The position numbers and the translations under genes are program-made. 64,000 bases of DNA from Tubulanus polymorphus (taxonomy: Eukaryota > Animalia > Nemertea). A model generated the notes under the pieces. That model did not search any database. It was given only the letters and a program-made list of their open reading frames with translations, and was not told the DNA's origin. Where the stretch lies: positions 8,608,030 through 8,672,029 of the forward strand of contig NC_134036.1 of NCBI RefSeq assembly GCF_964204645.1, written 5' to 3'. Shown piece by piece: positions 51,106 through 64,000 of this stretch (positions within the stretch are counted from its first letter, which is position 1; every line of letters starts with the position of its first letter).

Positions 51106-54100
51106 CAGCACTCATCGATGTCAATTCCCTGAGAGCAGCCTTGTCTCTACTAAATGTAATGAATCAACAAAAGATTTTGTTCATTTCCGTAAGTATTTCC
51201 ACTCACTGCTAATAATTATTGGCCAAATTTATTGGTCTTAATTATTGTCAATGGCTATGCCTCTCATAATAATCGTTTACTTTTATTTCATTATGTCATG
51301 AAATACATTAATATAATTTTCTACTATATATTCTTATCGTTTAGGCCGCCACAGCGACATCATGTGATCAAGGAAAATCGTCATGCCGTATTCCACCAAT
51401 TAAGTCTTTTAGAGGTCGCATTCTAAGGACTATATGCTACTAACCAGGCCCTTTAGTCGACAGCCGCCAAATACAGCGACATACAAAAGGCTCTCTAGTT
51501 CAACAAATTATAGGTACGCTATGCTCACTTCAAATTAATAACATGTTATTTTACATTTTACAACAATCGCAATTAATCTACGCTATCCACATTATTATGT
51601 TGACCACAGTATCGTTATTTCGGCGTTTATTTCAATTTCAGTTGAACTACAAGCACAAGCGAGTGCGGGAATCGGTAAGTATACCGACCGCAAAATGCGC
51701 AAGGCTACTCGACACATTGTCTATAAACCGGCACCAGAGACAATGGCACCTGATGCGACGCAGCTTAAAACCCTTTCCGTGCTGACTAATTAATACCCAA
51801 TAGTGCTGGAGAAAATGTGAAAATTTGGGAAAATTCCACCCTAGTGTGTTAAATAACGGGAATACCGCAATAGTGCGTCTACACCGTGGTGCGGTGTATC
51901 GTTAGGTACTAATATTTCACTATGTTTGACGGGTGCTGAAATCTTTGTATAGAGATAAAAACTAAAAACTAAATACATCAATACACCGCAGTGCGTTGTA
52001 CTAGCAAAATCCATACACTGCACTGCGGTGTAGACGCACTGAAAGGGTTTTTGAAGTGCCGGAATAAATCAGGACACTTATACCGCGAAATCTGGGATAC
52101 CACCGGGGTGTCTGACCAACTAATAGACTTATGCATAGCTGAACATCCTTACATAGAGCTTCTGAGAGACATACTGACTCAGGCAGCGTAAACTGAGGCC
52201 GAAACTGATAACAACGATGACGATGATAACTAAATTTTATTGTGTCATAATTTCTTATAGAAAACCTAATACATTAATACGTTGTTTATTTACTTCTCTT
52301 GTTTGTATGTGTTTTGTGGTCACCCGTCAACCTGTCAACCCACGATCCTTGTACATAAATTGGCTACAACATTGCATCGTGTTATCCGTCGATCTTCAAC
52401 CAGCGGGTGAAATATGCACTCTATCATCTCTCCAATGGGCCAACCAACAAACAACCAACAGTAGTCAACTGTCACTAGTCGTCGGTCAACCTGTACAAGA
52501 ACTGTTCCTTCACTGCGCATTAATACCAAATTATCAATGTATTCATGCGCCAATGTATTAATGCGCTGATACATTAACCGCACAACTTATTAACTCTACG
52601 CCAAGGCACTATACTATGCTATATCCGACTTGGGCCCATCTGAGCTCCGACGAAGATGTACGTTTTGACGAAGTGAAAGACCAAGAATGGGGAATCCGCT
52701 GGCAATCTTAACAAATATAGGGGATATTTGCAAAATCACATGGATTTTCGTGCAGAAAGTACGTACTATAAACATTAACCCCCCCCCCCCTTGGAAAGGT
52801 ATGTACGCTTTGATGTTTTTTCCACAATGGCTATAGGCCTACTTTTTATTCTCCTATCTTCGTTTGAACTACCACTTTCATCGTCATCGTCAAGTTTGCG
52901 TCCAAAAACTCTACAAGGTCCACGTGATTAAAACACTATTTTCTACACCCCTTATATTATCTGCGCTATTCTATGAAATAAGTGTTGAATTGAAGTAACA
53001 TTAAATAATAAAAATGATTATAGTAATTTGCATAGCACAGTTTTCCAAGTAAAAAAATCAAAGGCGCTTTTCCAGAAGATTGGTTAAAATGAGCACAGAA
53101 CAGTTTGTTTTTTATGAAAATATTGAACTCAGTAAGTGACATATTAAACAGAGTTTGCCGATAGTCGATGCGATATTGATAACAATGACAACAGTGCTAC
53201 CAGCTGGCGACATCAATGACATAACATTAATAATGCAAGTTTTTAAGACTATCACAAAACAGGCCATCCGAACCTACTTCTGACACTTCATCTTTTGCAC
53301 GTCGAGCTTTCCGACGTCTAGCTGTTTGAATAAATCAAACCTGCACAATTTGTGTCATCTCAATCTGGAGCAACATTTGGCCACGTATATTTCGTCATTT
53401 CAAATTATTATTTTCGAAATATACAAAGATTGTCTACCGACCCAATTTTAACATTTTGGTGAAATAACCTTTTTCAAAAATATATACGCAACTGAGCGAC
53501 ATCAAAACTCTCCATTCTAATAGATATGTGTTTCTTTTTAGTAAAATCGTGTGATGTCGGCACCGAAATCGACATCACAAAAAAATGGTTTATTACATCG
53601 GATTAAACAATTTGTTTCCGGAAGTGGTACATTTGTGCTCAGAGAACTTTGCTAATCAGACATTGATGGCGACCTTGGATTGTAAAATTCCAGGAATTGT
53701 GTGCGATCTATATTCTATAGGCCTATTCAAGATTTCGATGTTTTTATTTTCATAAACAGTTTCCAAGTTTGAAATATGTTCAAAATGTAGTATCTTATAG
53801 TGTAGTGTACAGAAAAAAATCCTCAACCATTTATAACTGTGCTAGCTCCTAATCATATTTTTCAATGGAAATTTGGTCCTGTAAAAATTATTTACGGTTA
53901 CCAACCCATTGTCCCATTTTTCTATAAAGAGAAAAGAATCCTACCTACATAGAGATTTTGAGAAATATTATTTTTCGATGTGACCTAAAGGACATCTCAA
54001 AAGCAACTGTTGTGCGACTAGTTTTTCCCAGAGGGGCGCCTTTAAACTGTTAAATAATCTCTATGCGCCATAAAACAATTCTTCGTTATAATTAAAAAAA

Positions 54101-56569
54101 ATTGTTATCATAATTATTATTGAAATTATTATCATCAAGCGAAATGTTAACAAGTAACAATAATAACAATATCTTCAAGACCGATAGAGCTTACCTTTAA
54201 CCCGATCTTAACAAGTCGATATACTGAAGATGAAATAAATCTCGAAGCAAATTTGGGCGCCTTTGAGTGACTACCTCGAAAGGTGCCTACCAATGACAAC
54301 TTCGAAAGCTGACGCATTAATTCCATTCACTGGGAACTAATCGTTACTTTCAACTCGAAGCGAAGTTTAGAATTCGCTCAATTCACGCAGAAGCATCTTC
54401 AATAATATCATTGATCGGCAATTTCTGATAGTTCTCCAAAGGTTCATCGAGCAATCTTTTCTAGTTCACCTGGTAACAGCTGATACGAGATCATCACAGT
54501 TTCGATTAGTCAATTCTGTTGTTTCATACACATATAAATTGTGTTAATACAACTTGAATACAATTGTAATTTCAATTGGCTTCTTTTTTCAAAATTTATT
54601 AGAAAATATCTATATTCATTCATTTCCAATTCGATTAAAAACTCGATTGAAAATGTTTATAATAATGATGATAATATTTATTTCGCCATGCACATATGCA
54701 GTATAAATGATGTATAGATTATAAACAATTCTTTGATCGGCAATATCTGATATCTAGAAGTTCATCGAGCAATCTGTTCCACTTCTATAAGTTTCCATAA
54801 GTTCACCTCCAGTTCTCCTGGTAACAGCTGATACGAGATAACCACAGTTTTGATTACCTAGTCAATTATGTTGTTTCATATACATGTGATCAATTGCCTC
54901 TAAAGATGACTTCTCCAAAAAATAAGCTAACAACTAGGCAATCTCATGGGATCTGCTGACAACTATACTGGTGGCTGCCAAAATTCGAACTCTCTCCCTC
55001 TCTACTCTCTCCCTCTACCAAGTTTCAACCACGTGATCTCTCCCTACCAAATTTAGTATGGTTTCTACAGAATCTGCAGCCGCCATCAACCACTCTCCGA
55101 CTAGAAATATATTTCCAACCACCAACACTGCATACCAAGTTTCTGAATCATGTTTTCTGAACTATTCCTTTAGACTAAGCTATTTACATTTCCTGTTTGC
55201 TTCGTTAAAACCAACTCTTCACGTTAAATCATTATTTTTATTTGTTTCCCCGGACGTTATTAATATTCATATCATTATTTGATTAACCCTAGTCAACTAT
55301 CACATGAATCGTGGTAAAACAACTTGAATACAATTGTAATTTCAAGTGGATCTTTATCAAATTTAATAAATAATACATGTGGTTGCATTCATTTATAATT
55401 CGAATAAAAACTCGATTGAAAATGTTTACGGGTGATTAAACTACTTCCTAGAGGAATACAAGTGACATTAACTAACAACTGGTTTTCGGTTTGGGTTGGA
55501 CCCCTCCCTCATCAATTGTTGAGCCCTGTTACTGGGGACCCTTGGCTTTTGTTATATTTGATAGAAACAATCTATTGATATTTTTTGCTGACTTTACGCG
55601 CATATTTTTAAATGTCGATATGGTTTATAAAACCTACTGGTAGCAATCCGATGCTGGATCTCTTGTATATTTCTCAAAAAAAGAAATATGGTTAAATTTC
55701 TGAAATTCATCAATTTCCCCTCGACAAGACTTTCCCACTTTCTTCTGTTCGCATCAATTTCTGGATGCAGGAGACTAATAATCCTGGAGGCAGTTTCCAA
55801 AATAGCTATGTGTGAACAGGACGAGCGCCAACACATCCAGCATGAATGCTAACATATTTTAATCGATTTCAACGATGGGGTGATTTCTTAGTCGTGAAAT
55901 TGCGACGTCTCCTATGCGTCCTTATCATATAATGGAAGTATCTCTGGGTCGATGGTTTTGGCTGCATATGTCTATATCCATACTCGGGGAATACCTGCAA
56001 TTTTTCCATTGCGAAGTTACACTCGATAGCATGAATGAAAATGTACACACTTTTATTTTTATTCAGTATTCTTCTCGAAGTGGTTATTATTTTTTATTCA
56101 TTCTTCAAATTTAAAACGATACCAAATTATCACGGTTTGAATAATATCAATTACATTATTTTACAAATTCGTAGACAGTACAGTTTTACATTACACACGA
56201 GTCTCATCAAAATGTCACTTATTTCTAGCTTTCAATAAACGCCCCCTCGCTATAGATATCTGTACATTTTCAAGCCTTACTACCCAACGTCCCCCCCCCA
56301 CCCTATATTATATGAACGTACAAATATGTAATGAAAAGTCTGGCCGTTCATATGTCGAGGGTACGTTTAACAACACTAAATGTCCATGATAATTGTCGCA
56401 TATATTTCATCTATATTCTATATTCCTTTAATGTTTTTAAATGTTTACGTATAATAGCTCTTCGTTTCAGTTTGTCTGTGTCGTAATGTGTTAATTGTTG
56501 TTCGTCTCGCTGTCATGTCAACCGCTGTCATTCCCGCTTAATCACGATATGAACGTGTGGTTTGATCTC

Positions 56570-58300
56570 ATGATATTACTTTATGCTGACGATACTTTTG
56601 TTACTAGCCGATAGTGTCTCTCTTATTTACAAATTATGTTGAACCAAGTAGTTGAGTACTGTGAAAGATGGAAATAAATTAATAATCAACGTCGATAAAT
56701 CGAATGCAATCGTGTTTGAGAGGAGAAAGCCCGCTAGGCTACCCACTTTTTAGATCCGTGATACCACCCTATAGAGACCGTGTCAGAATTTAAATACCTC
56801 GGCATTCTTTTTAACTATACTTGAAACTTTGTTAAAGGCCGACTTCAAGTATAAAAGGCTCATCATCTGTCAGACATGGCAGTATCTGTGAACCCATGGA
56901 GCAGTCAAGAGCTCCGCCGTTGAAACTGGAATTTCCGTAATATCTCTGTCAGTTAACCGATTTGGACCCTCCTTTTTGTCAGGGATATGTGTAAACATGT
57001 AATATAGTCATATCTATGGTTTAAAATTTAGTTTAAGCCCTCCTTCATGCATAAATTAGCAATTTACTTAGTGCATTCTTCAAATTTTCAAATCTTTGAA
57101 TGACAAGCTGGGAGGAGTTATTCACCTCACCACATAGAGCACAGTGACCTGTAGCCATAAACCTATATAAACAAAACAGTTGCAGCTCTCTAGTGCGTAA
57201 TTTTGGGGGTTAGAAAACTTTTGACCTGAAAGTTATATCAAACTGAAAATTTATATATCATCTTAACTCCTCATCAGTAACAATGTGTGAAAATTTCATC
57301 AAAATCGGACAAAAATTGAATAAATTGAAAATACAGATTTTATGTTCAACTCCATTATTACTGGAGGAATTCTTATAAAAAAACATCTACAAAATCAGCG
57401 AATTCTAATTAAGAAGATTACTATGACCAAAATGATATCAAACGTATACGAAAAAAGTTTTTTTTATGTATAACTGTGATACTGTGTGATACTGGTCGGA
57501 GCCAGATGTGTTCCAGTAAACACTATAAACAAACTACCGCTTGCTAGTTGCTAGTGGGATGTGGCCTGCACTGCAAATCTCAAGTACCAACCGGTGGGTT
57601 TTTGGACCTCCATTTGAGTCGGCCTTTAAATGTAGAAAGGCGATCTGTGATCATGCCAAGAAGGCATTATTTTTTGTATTACAGCAAGTACAGAGGCACT
57701 GTTTGGATATCGATGCCTCGTTCCAGATTGTTGATGCTCTAGCGAGGTTTGGGGTTTTATCAATTTAGATGCCGTTGAAAAAATTCATTTAAAATGGTTT
57801 GTAAGTATCTCATGAAGCTACACCAAGTGCAACGGTATATGGTGAGCTAGGGCGATTCCCTATTCAAAATCAAATAAGAATAAAAATGGTTATATTTTGG
57901 GGCCATCTCATCATGCAGGAGTCATCTCACTCTGCGAAAATGTATAGAGTTTTGCTAAATAATCATGTTAATGGCAATAGTAGTAAACGAATATCATGCG
58001 TAAAATCAACGTTAGAAAATTGTGGCCTAGGTTACATTTGGTACGAGCAGTCCTTCCCAAACATTCGATATCTAACGGAGTTAGTCAAACAACGACTACA
58101 GGACGATTTTAAACAAAATTTGCATCAATCTCTTGAATATTACTCAAAACTAGACACTTATCGTAGCATTAAATTAGAATGGTGCTCAAAGATTTGTACT
58201 TAACCTACCAATGGATTTACGTTCGGCTCTTATCCGACTTAGATGCTTTAATCACCCGCTACCTATTGAAACTGGTAGATACCAAAACATACCAAGGGGC
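56570..58300 (+). mobile_element. CR1/L2-group LINE reverse transcriptase 3' portion, decayed
   Basis: LLYADDT, EYCERW, INVDKS, EFKYLGILF, VYGELGRFPI, RLRCFNHPLPIETGRY; split by a TTAA element. Confidence 0.85.
56836..57625. mobile_element. TTAA-flanked non-autonomous element (Kolobok-like) nested in the LINE
   Basis: TTAA-AGGCCGACT ... AGTCGGCCT-TTAA; the LINE frame resumes after it. Confidence 0.82.
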
Positions 58301-58594
58301 GAAATTCCTGGTATGTAAAATTCCTGGTATGTAAATGAGGGCGCCAGAACGCCGGAACGCCTAAACGAAAAAAAACGTCCAATTTTATCTAAAAGTTCGT
58401 TTTGGCGTGCCAAAACAAAGAAAATTCCGTTTTGGCGCCCCTCGACGTTTTTCGTTGTTTTGGCGGGGGCGCCAAAACAGGATTTTCTTTGTTTGGTGCG
58501 CCAAAACGAACTTCCAGGTAAAATTGTACGTTTTTTTTCGTTTTGGCGTTCTGGCGTTCTGGCGCCCTAATTTACTTACCAGGAATTTTACGCT
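58298..58594. mobile_element. MITE with GGCGCCAAAAC subterminal repeats
   Basis: TIR AAATTCCTGGTA.GTAAAT / ATTTACTTACCAGGAATTT. Confidence 0.7.
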
Positions 58595-59511
58595 ATGGCC
58601 CTTATCAGCCACCATACTCTTCGCTCTGTTCCGGATTTCCGACGTCGACCATTCTTCACGAATAGGACAGAAAATAGCTTTGCTAAATACGTCGATAAAA
58701 TGCCTTGAAAAGCATCTCGGATTTTTGCTTCGTTAAACGACATGTAGTTAGTTCATAAAGCTCTTGTTTAACACTGTGTTGATTACAAATGTCTATATGA
58801 TTTACGTAAATATCAAAACGGACATGAAATACAGTATGAACAAATGGGAGATCGATTACGAATTATTATACAACTATAAGCATATTAAGTTTTTATTAAG
58901 TGGCTAGATTTATTCATCAATAATTCATTCAAATTATTCTTATACAATCCTCCCCGCCACTACATTATATTCTATATGAGTATTTACATTTTTTTCATAT
59001 CTCGGATACACGCAATACACCTTGTGAAATCTGGACTTTCCCCTCTAGAAGATGTGCCTATCTGCTAGCTTCTTTGTGCCATTGTATTGATTAAATTATT
59101 CATAAAGAATATCCTTCCTACGAGTTCCCGAACAAAGTTGATGACCATTAGAACCTGTTCTTGAAAAAAAAAAAATAAACAATTCGTCAAGAGTATATCC
59201 GAGGTGATGCCCTGTACACATGTGATGTCAGGACGATCAGAAATTAAAAAAGCATAGTGACTCTTGAAGGTCTATCAGTATAGCTGACATTTTAATTCCT
59301 TCGTTTAACATGTATAAACAACGTCAGAAAATATCTCGGATATGTTCATAGATCGAGATATGATAAATGAGATATAATAACAATGTGGCTGCTGAATATT
59401 TCATCGAATATCTACGGTTAACAAGCATTTGTTTTTTTTTTCATCAAATATAAAGAGTTATTCTAGGTGCGTGTCAAACATGAATTTTAACTTATTACTA
59501 ACATTATTTTC

Positions 59512-60645
59512 AAGTAACCACTAGTCATGGGGTGCATTCCAAAATTTTAGATTTTCCATTATTTGACATCGATACGCGGTAAAGGATCGAATGACGCGGG
59601 TCCAATGTATTAATTCAGTCTATCTATTTGAAATATTGGCTTTCAATGGTGTTTCATTTTTAAACCGGTTTTTTAGAAATCAAATCACCTGTCAGTCACT
59701 CCTACCACGAGCCGAACTGAGCGAAAAATCTGTTTACAATGACCAACGGGCGTGTCGTGTATAAAACCAGTTAGCGAGAATAATCCATTTTACAGTTGCT
59801 TGCCACCATTTTGTTAGGGTACCTTTGTCCCGTATTGTTGGGTCATTTTTTTCTCTTTTTTAAAAACTATCCGTGATGTGTGTTGTATCATATTTCATCT
59901 GTCCATGGATGGATTTTGACAGTTTCAGCAACAATCAAACCGCGTGAATCTCTAGTTTTCAGTTATCTAAAAATCATTTCTCAAATTTGCAACAATGCGA
60001 CATGAGAGCGATATAAGAATAGGTGGTCAGTTTTTGCCGCAAACATAGAAATCCAGGGTACTGAACTTTGAAGTTCGTTATTTTCAGAAATGATTTTCTA
60101 AAAAAATCCAAACATTTCAAGCACTGTGCGCATAAACAACCCCTTTCAGGTGAATTTTGACATTTTAAGATATCTTGCCTAGTTTTTTTCCTATCGCTCT
60201 TTAACTGCAGCGCGTGTATTGTCATTCCGAGATTCGGCGGTGTTTTCTTTGCGTGTATTTGCGTGTATATGGGTGTTATTTCTTCATTTTCACTACACTT
60301 GTCTCTACGGAAAATGGTTTTAATTGTTGGTACGAGTGTCAGGTTTAAATATTAAGTAACCACTAGTCACAGGGGTACATTCCAAAAAGTATTTAGATTT
60401 TCCATTATTTGACAGCGATACGCGGTAAAGCATCGAATGACGCGGGTCCAATGTATTAATTCAGTCTATCTATTTGAAATATTGGCTTTCAATGTGTTTC
60501 ATTTTTAAACCGGTTTCTTAGAAATGCAATCACCCATCAGTCACGAGTGTGTAAGGCTCCCCTCTACTACGAGCCGAACTGTGCGAAAAACCTGTTTACA
60601 ATGAACAATATAATACGGGCGTGTCGTGTAAACCAGTTAGCGAGA
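59512..60645 (+). repeat. Pair of ~270-290 bp direct repeats (59512-59779, 60354-60645)
   Basis: Both start AAGTAACCACTAGTCA and end AACCAGTTAGCGAGA, with scattered indels. Confidence 0.85.
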
Positions 60646-61799
60646 GTGGATTGATGAATTCGATTCTCAGACGCGTGTTTGTCACATCTGTTCCGCCTAG
60701 AATGTGTTTATATATTTAGATACTTTTTCACATCCACATTTCGATTCGGTTCATTCAGCTCCGTAATCGGTCTCGCAGTATACAGCAAGGGTCAAGGTTT
60801 CTTTAACTTATATCAAACATGTATCGTTCAATGCCCGCTTTCTAATTCATAAGTATTCGTGCCCTTCTTTTCAACTAAACTGTCTCTGTATAAATTATGT
60901 AATCGCAAGAATGCGTGTATTATGTATGAACTTGTTTTCGTGCTCCGTGCAAATGTAACTTTTTTTGTGCTAAACCGTAACTAATTGTAATTGTAATTCA
61001 GCTCTGAACCCAGTTCCACAATCTGTGAGTGTTCAATTTGACTCACGACCATCGTATTATAAACTGCCTGACACCTTTTTTGATAGGTTTTTTGTTCGAT
61101 AATAATATTCGATGAATCGAATTTACACAATTTTCACAATATATGAAATAAATACACGTTTTCTACAGTCGAAAATGTTCAGTTTTGATGCTCTAGAATC
61201 ATTGATGGAATTAATGTCAAACGGTGGCTCACACGTGCACGCACATCTTTATCTAACTGTATCATCAGTTAAACTGAACGAATAGCGGTTTAAATGCGAT
61301 GTGTAATCTTCCTGTTCTGATTTCGCGTAGATAAATATCTTCAAATGTCGGCGGTTTTTTAAGCGGGCGGTTTAAAAGCGCATTTGATGCGAATGGGGCG
61401 TGGTCTAGTTGAGTGACACGCGCACCCTAACGCAGACTGCCACGTAACACATTTCGATCACTTAAGTTTATTTACATCGATTTTGTTCTTAGACTCTAGC
61501 AGTTCATTTTAAACGTTTTAATGCGGACGATGCCCACAGTGTAAAGCATTTCGAACAGTGTAAGTGCATCGGATTTGATAGAATAATTCTCGTCGAGGGG
61601 CGTGTCATTGACAATAAGTAGCCTGCAGTCAATGGCGTGATGGTCGTTATTGTGAGTTGGTTGTAGTTTGAGTGTTTGAAAAGTACGTGAACCTGCAAGG
61701 AGGGAGGGAGAAATCGCAGTTCAAATTCTCCCGATTAGAATTCGAAATCTATGCCTAAAACATTCAAAATTAAATTAACAACTATTGGAACTTCAATTG

Positions 61800-61990
61800 T
61801 CAAATTCATAACCTACGCGTAATAGATTTAAATTAAGATTGCCTTATTTTAGAACTGTAACTAGAAAATCTTCTGTCAAAATATCCGGTCCCCTATTATG
61901 GAATACTCAATCAGAATCAATTCGATCATTACAAAGCGAACCTGCCTTTAAGCGTACCTACATTAAATCTTTATTCAACACTTTGTAAAT
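61800..61990 (+). mobile_element. 3' fragment of a CR1/L2-group LINE
   Basis: RTVTRKSSVKISGPLLWNTQSESIRSLQSEPAFKRTYIK. Confidence 0.55.
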
Positions 61991-63429
61991 TTCCATTCTA
62001 TACAAAACCAGATGCTTCTGTGTGATACGGCTTAGATAGACGGTTTCAGTCTCTCCGTGTAGCCCCATTATCCTGTTACATTTTTCTTCGTTTAATCATA
62101 CTTATTATATCGTCTTATAATGTAACGTTTTAATGAAAATGAATTTCAATTTCAATGGCGCAGTTTAGTATGTAACGCAGGCTTTACTGGTTATTTTCAC
62201 GATGAAAATCGCGCGCTCGTACCCTGCGCTTTCGGGAAATAAAATCTGGGCCAGTGTCTTAACCCTGCAGAGACAATAATCTACCGATCCTTTTCCGGTA
62301 AGGCAAGTTTATATTTTCTATTGATTGTAAATATTGTATATTTTTACCGTGATACAGAAGAAAATCCTATTTGATAATAATCATCAGTTCACAAACTTTA
62401 CCTTGTCAGCTGTTATACCAATGGCTAGCTGGATTGGTAGATATATTTCGCACGAAACTCGCCGAAGGAACGCTCGACAGCGGGATTCTACCGACGAATC
62501 TGATTAAATTTCACCCATCGATTTTTATATTGCAGCCATTGTTCGCATCAGATTGACCACCCGAGTCTATATTGTTTCATTTGACTGTTACGGTATGAAA
62601 CTAGCTGATGAAAACATCCAGAACGTTTCAAGAACATCCGTTAAGAATCGACGTGAAGAAAATAAGGAAATAGATCTTTCGATCGTTTTTTTTTGTGAGG
62701 ATTGAAGAATATAAACGCGCTAAAAGCAATAAGGTCCTTAAGGTTAGTACTGAAATTTTAACCTACGAGGATGAGTTTTGCTACGTTACGTCAATTTGCG
62801 CTTTATTATGTTGAAAATTGAATTAACAGTCACAGGGTTGACGCTCTTGATCGGTGTCGAAACAATTGATGACACATACATTCGATAAGTTAGTATGACG
62901 CCACGTTTCAAATCTATGGGCATCGCGTCGATGTGAACGAGAGATTGGAACACGTGTCGAACTTATCGATATACACAAACTGAATAATTCATTCATATCT
63001 AACGAGGCGTTAACTAAATGAAATCTAACGAGGCGTTAACTACTTAACGATTCAATAGTTATCAATAAATGTCGCTACAAAGCATTGCATTAATCGATCT
63101 TTCGTAGCTTGAAACTTTAATTCAACAGAATTAAAGTTTTTCGATACGTTCGGGAAAAAATTACCGGAACCAGAACTGGAATTTTGCATACAGTTGCCGG
63201 ATCCTTCCCTCTTCAAGGATATTCGTGGTGGAATTAGAGAGCTTATTGGTGGTGGAATTAGCTTGTCCGCCGTGTACCGCCGACAATATGACGGAATATT
63301 TGAGCTGTTCCGCTAAGAAAATTGAAGAGAAGATTGAAGATTTGTTTAAAGAAAGGTGATTGTAGGCCTAAGGCTGTCTCTATTTTCATAATGTTTACTG
63401 TATTGCACTTTCCTAGTGACAATTGTATA

Positions 63430-63625
63430 TTTCTAGATACGTCCGATATATAAGGTCGACCGTCAAGAATGATCTGACATTTATAAAAGGGAATGTTAGG
63501 GCAGAAATGCGAAAAGCAAGATCTTACGGTGTTGAAATAAGTCTGAACCGTGATGGGGTGGTTGTCAAGTGTCACTGTGACTGCGCAGTGGGCCAGGGAC
63601 CAACGGCACACTGCAAACACGTCAT
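63430..63625 (+). pseudogene. SWIM zinc-finger fragment, probably from a transposon accessory gene
   Basis: IKGNVRAEMRK..Y.VEI...KCHCDCAVGQGPTAHCKHV (CxC...CxH). Confidence 0.7.
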
Positions 63626-64000
63626 TTGTATTGATACGCCGGTCACAATCCTCTCCTTAGTCGTTAATTAATAAAAGCAATAATCGGTCCCTGGCGAGAG
63701 AACGTGTCCGCGCACAAACCCAAGTAAAACTAGAATACCGGAAATTTTGAATGGATATAACAATACAAGATGAATTTATTTACCTTAATATTCAAACACA
63801 GTTCTCCAGTTCAACACAATCCAAATCCTAGCTCTAAATTCCTATTACACTCTCCTGTTGGTAACCCGTCCTGAATCAAGTCCCAGACCAGCTTTTAACA
63901 AGTATCTACGAGTGTCTTTTGAGTGTCTCCCGAGTGACTCCTGAGTGTCTACCGAGTGTCTGCTCTCTCAACATGCGGGTCCCTTTTCTAGAAAGAATCG

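Overview
Eukaryotic DNA, most likely a marine invertebrate, in three parts. (1) 1-10230 is a very AT-rich, decaying endogenous Polinton/Maverick-like virus. It carries a protein-primed family B DNA polymerase (vOTU, Zn finger, EndoVII-like insert), a penton/minor capsid gene, three small membrane-protein genes, a multi-zinc-finger gene and an unknown gene. The polymerase holds a LAGLIDADG intein at the YxD|TD site that resembles giant-virus PolB inteins. All seven visible viral gene starts share a poxvirus-late-like T-tract/TAAATG motif, which suggests dependence on a large DNA virus. (2) 10231-27900 has a 1.5-kb tandem duplication with 38-bp minisatellite arrays, an internally deleted BEL/Pao LTR element, a decayed hAT transposase and MITEs. 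(3) 27940-48601 (minus) is a reconstructed 13-exon host gene: signal peptide, 2 Kringle, 2 GON, 3 EGF and a hydrophobic tail, with repeat-filled introns. After it come Merlin, DUF3987-like, LINE and SWIM fragments. All family calls rest on motif recognition by eye, not on database searches.
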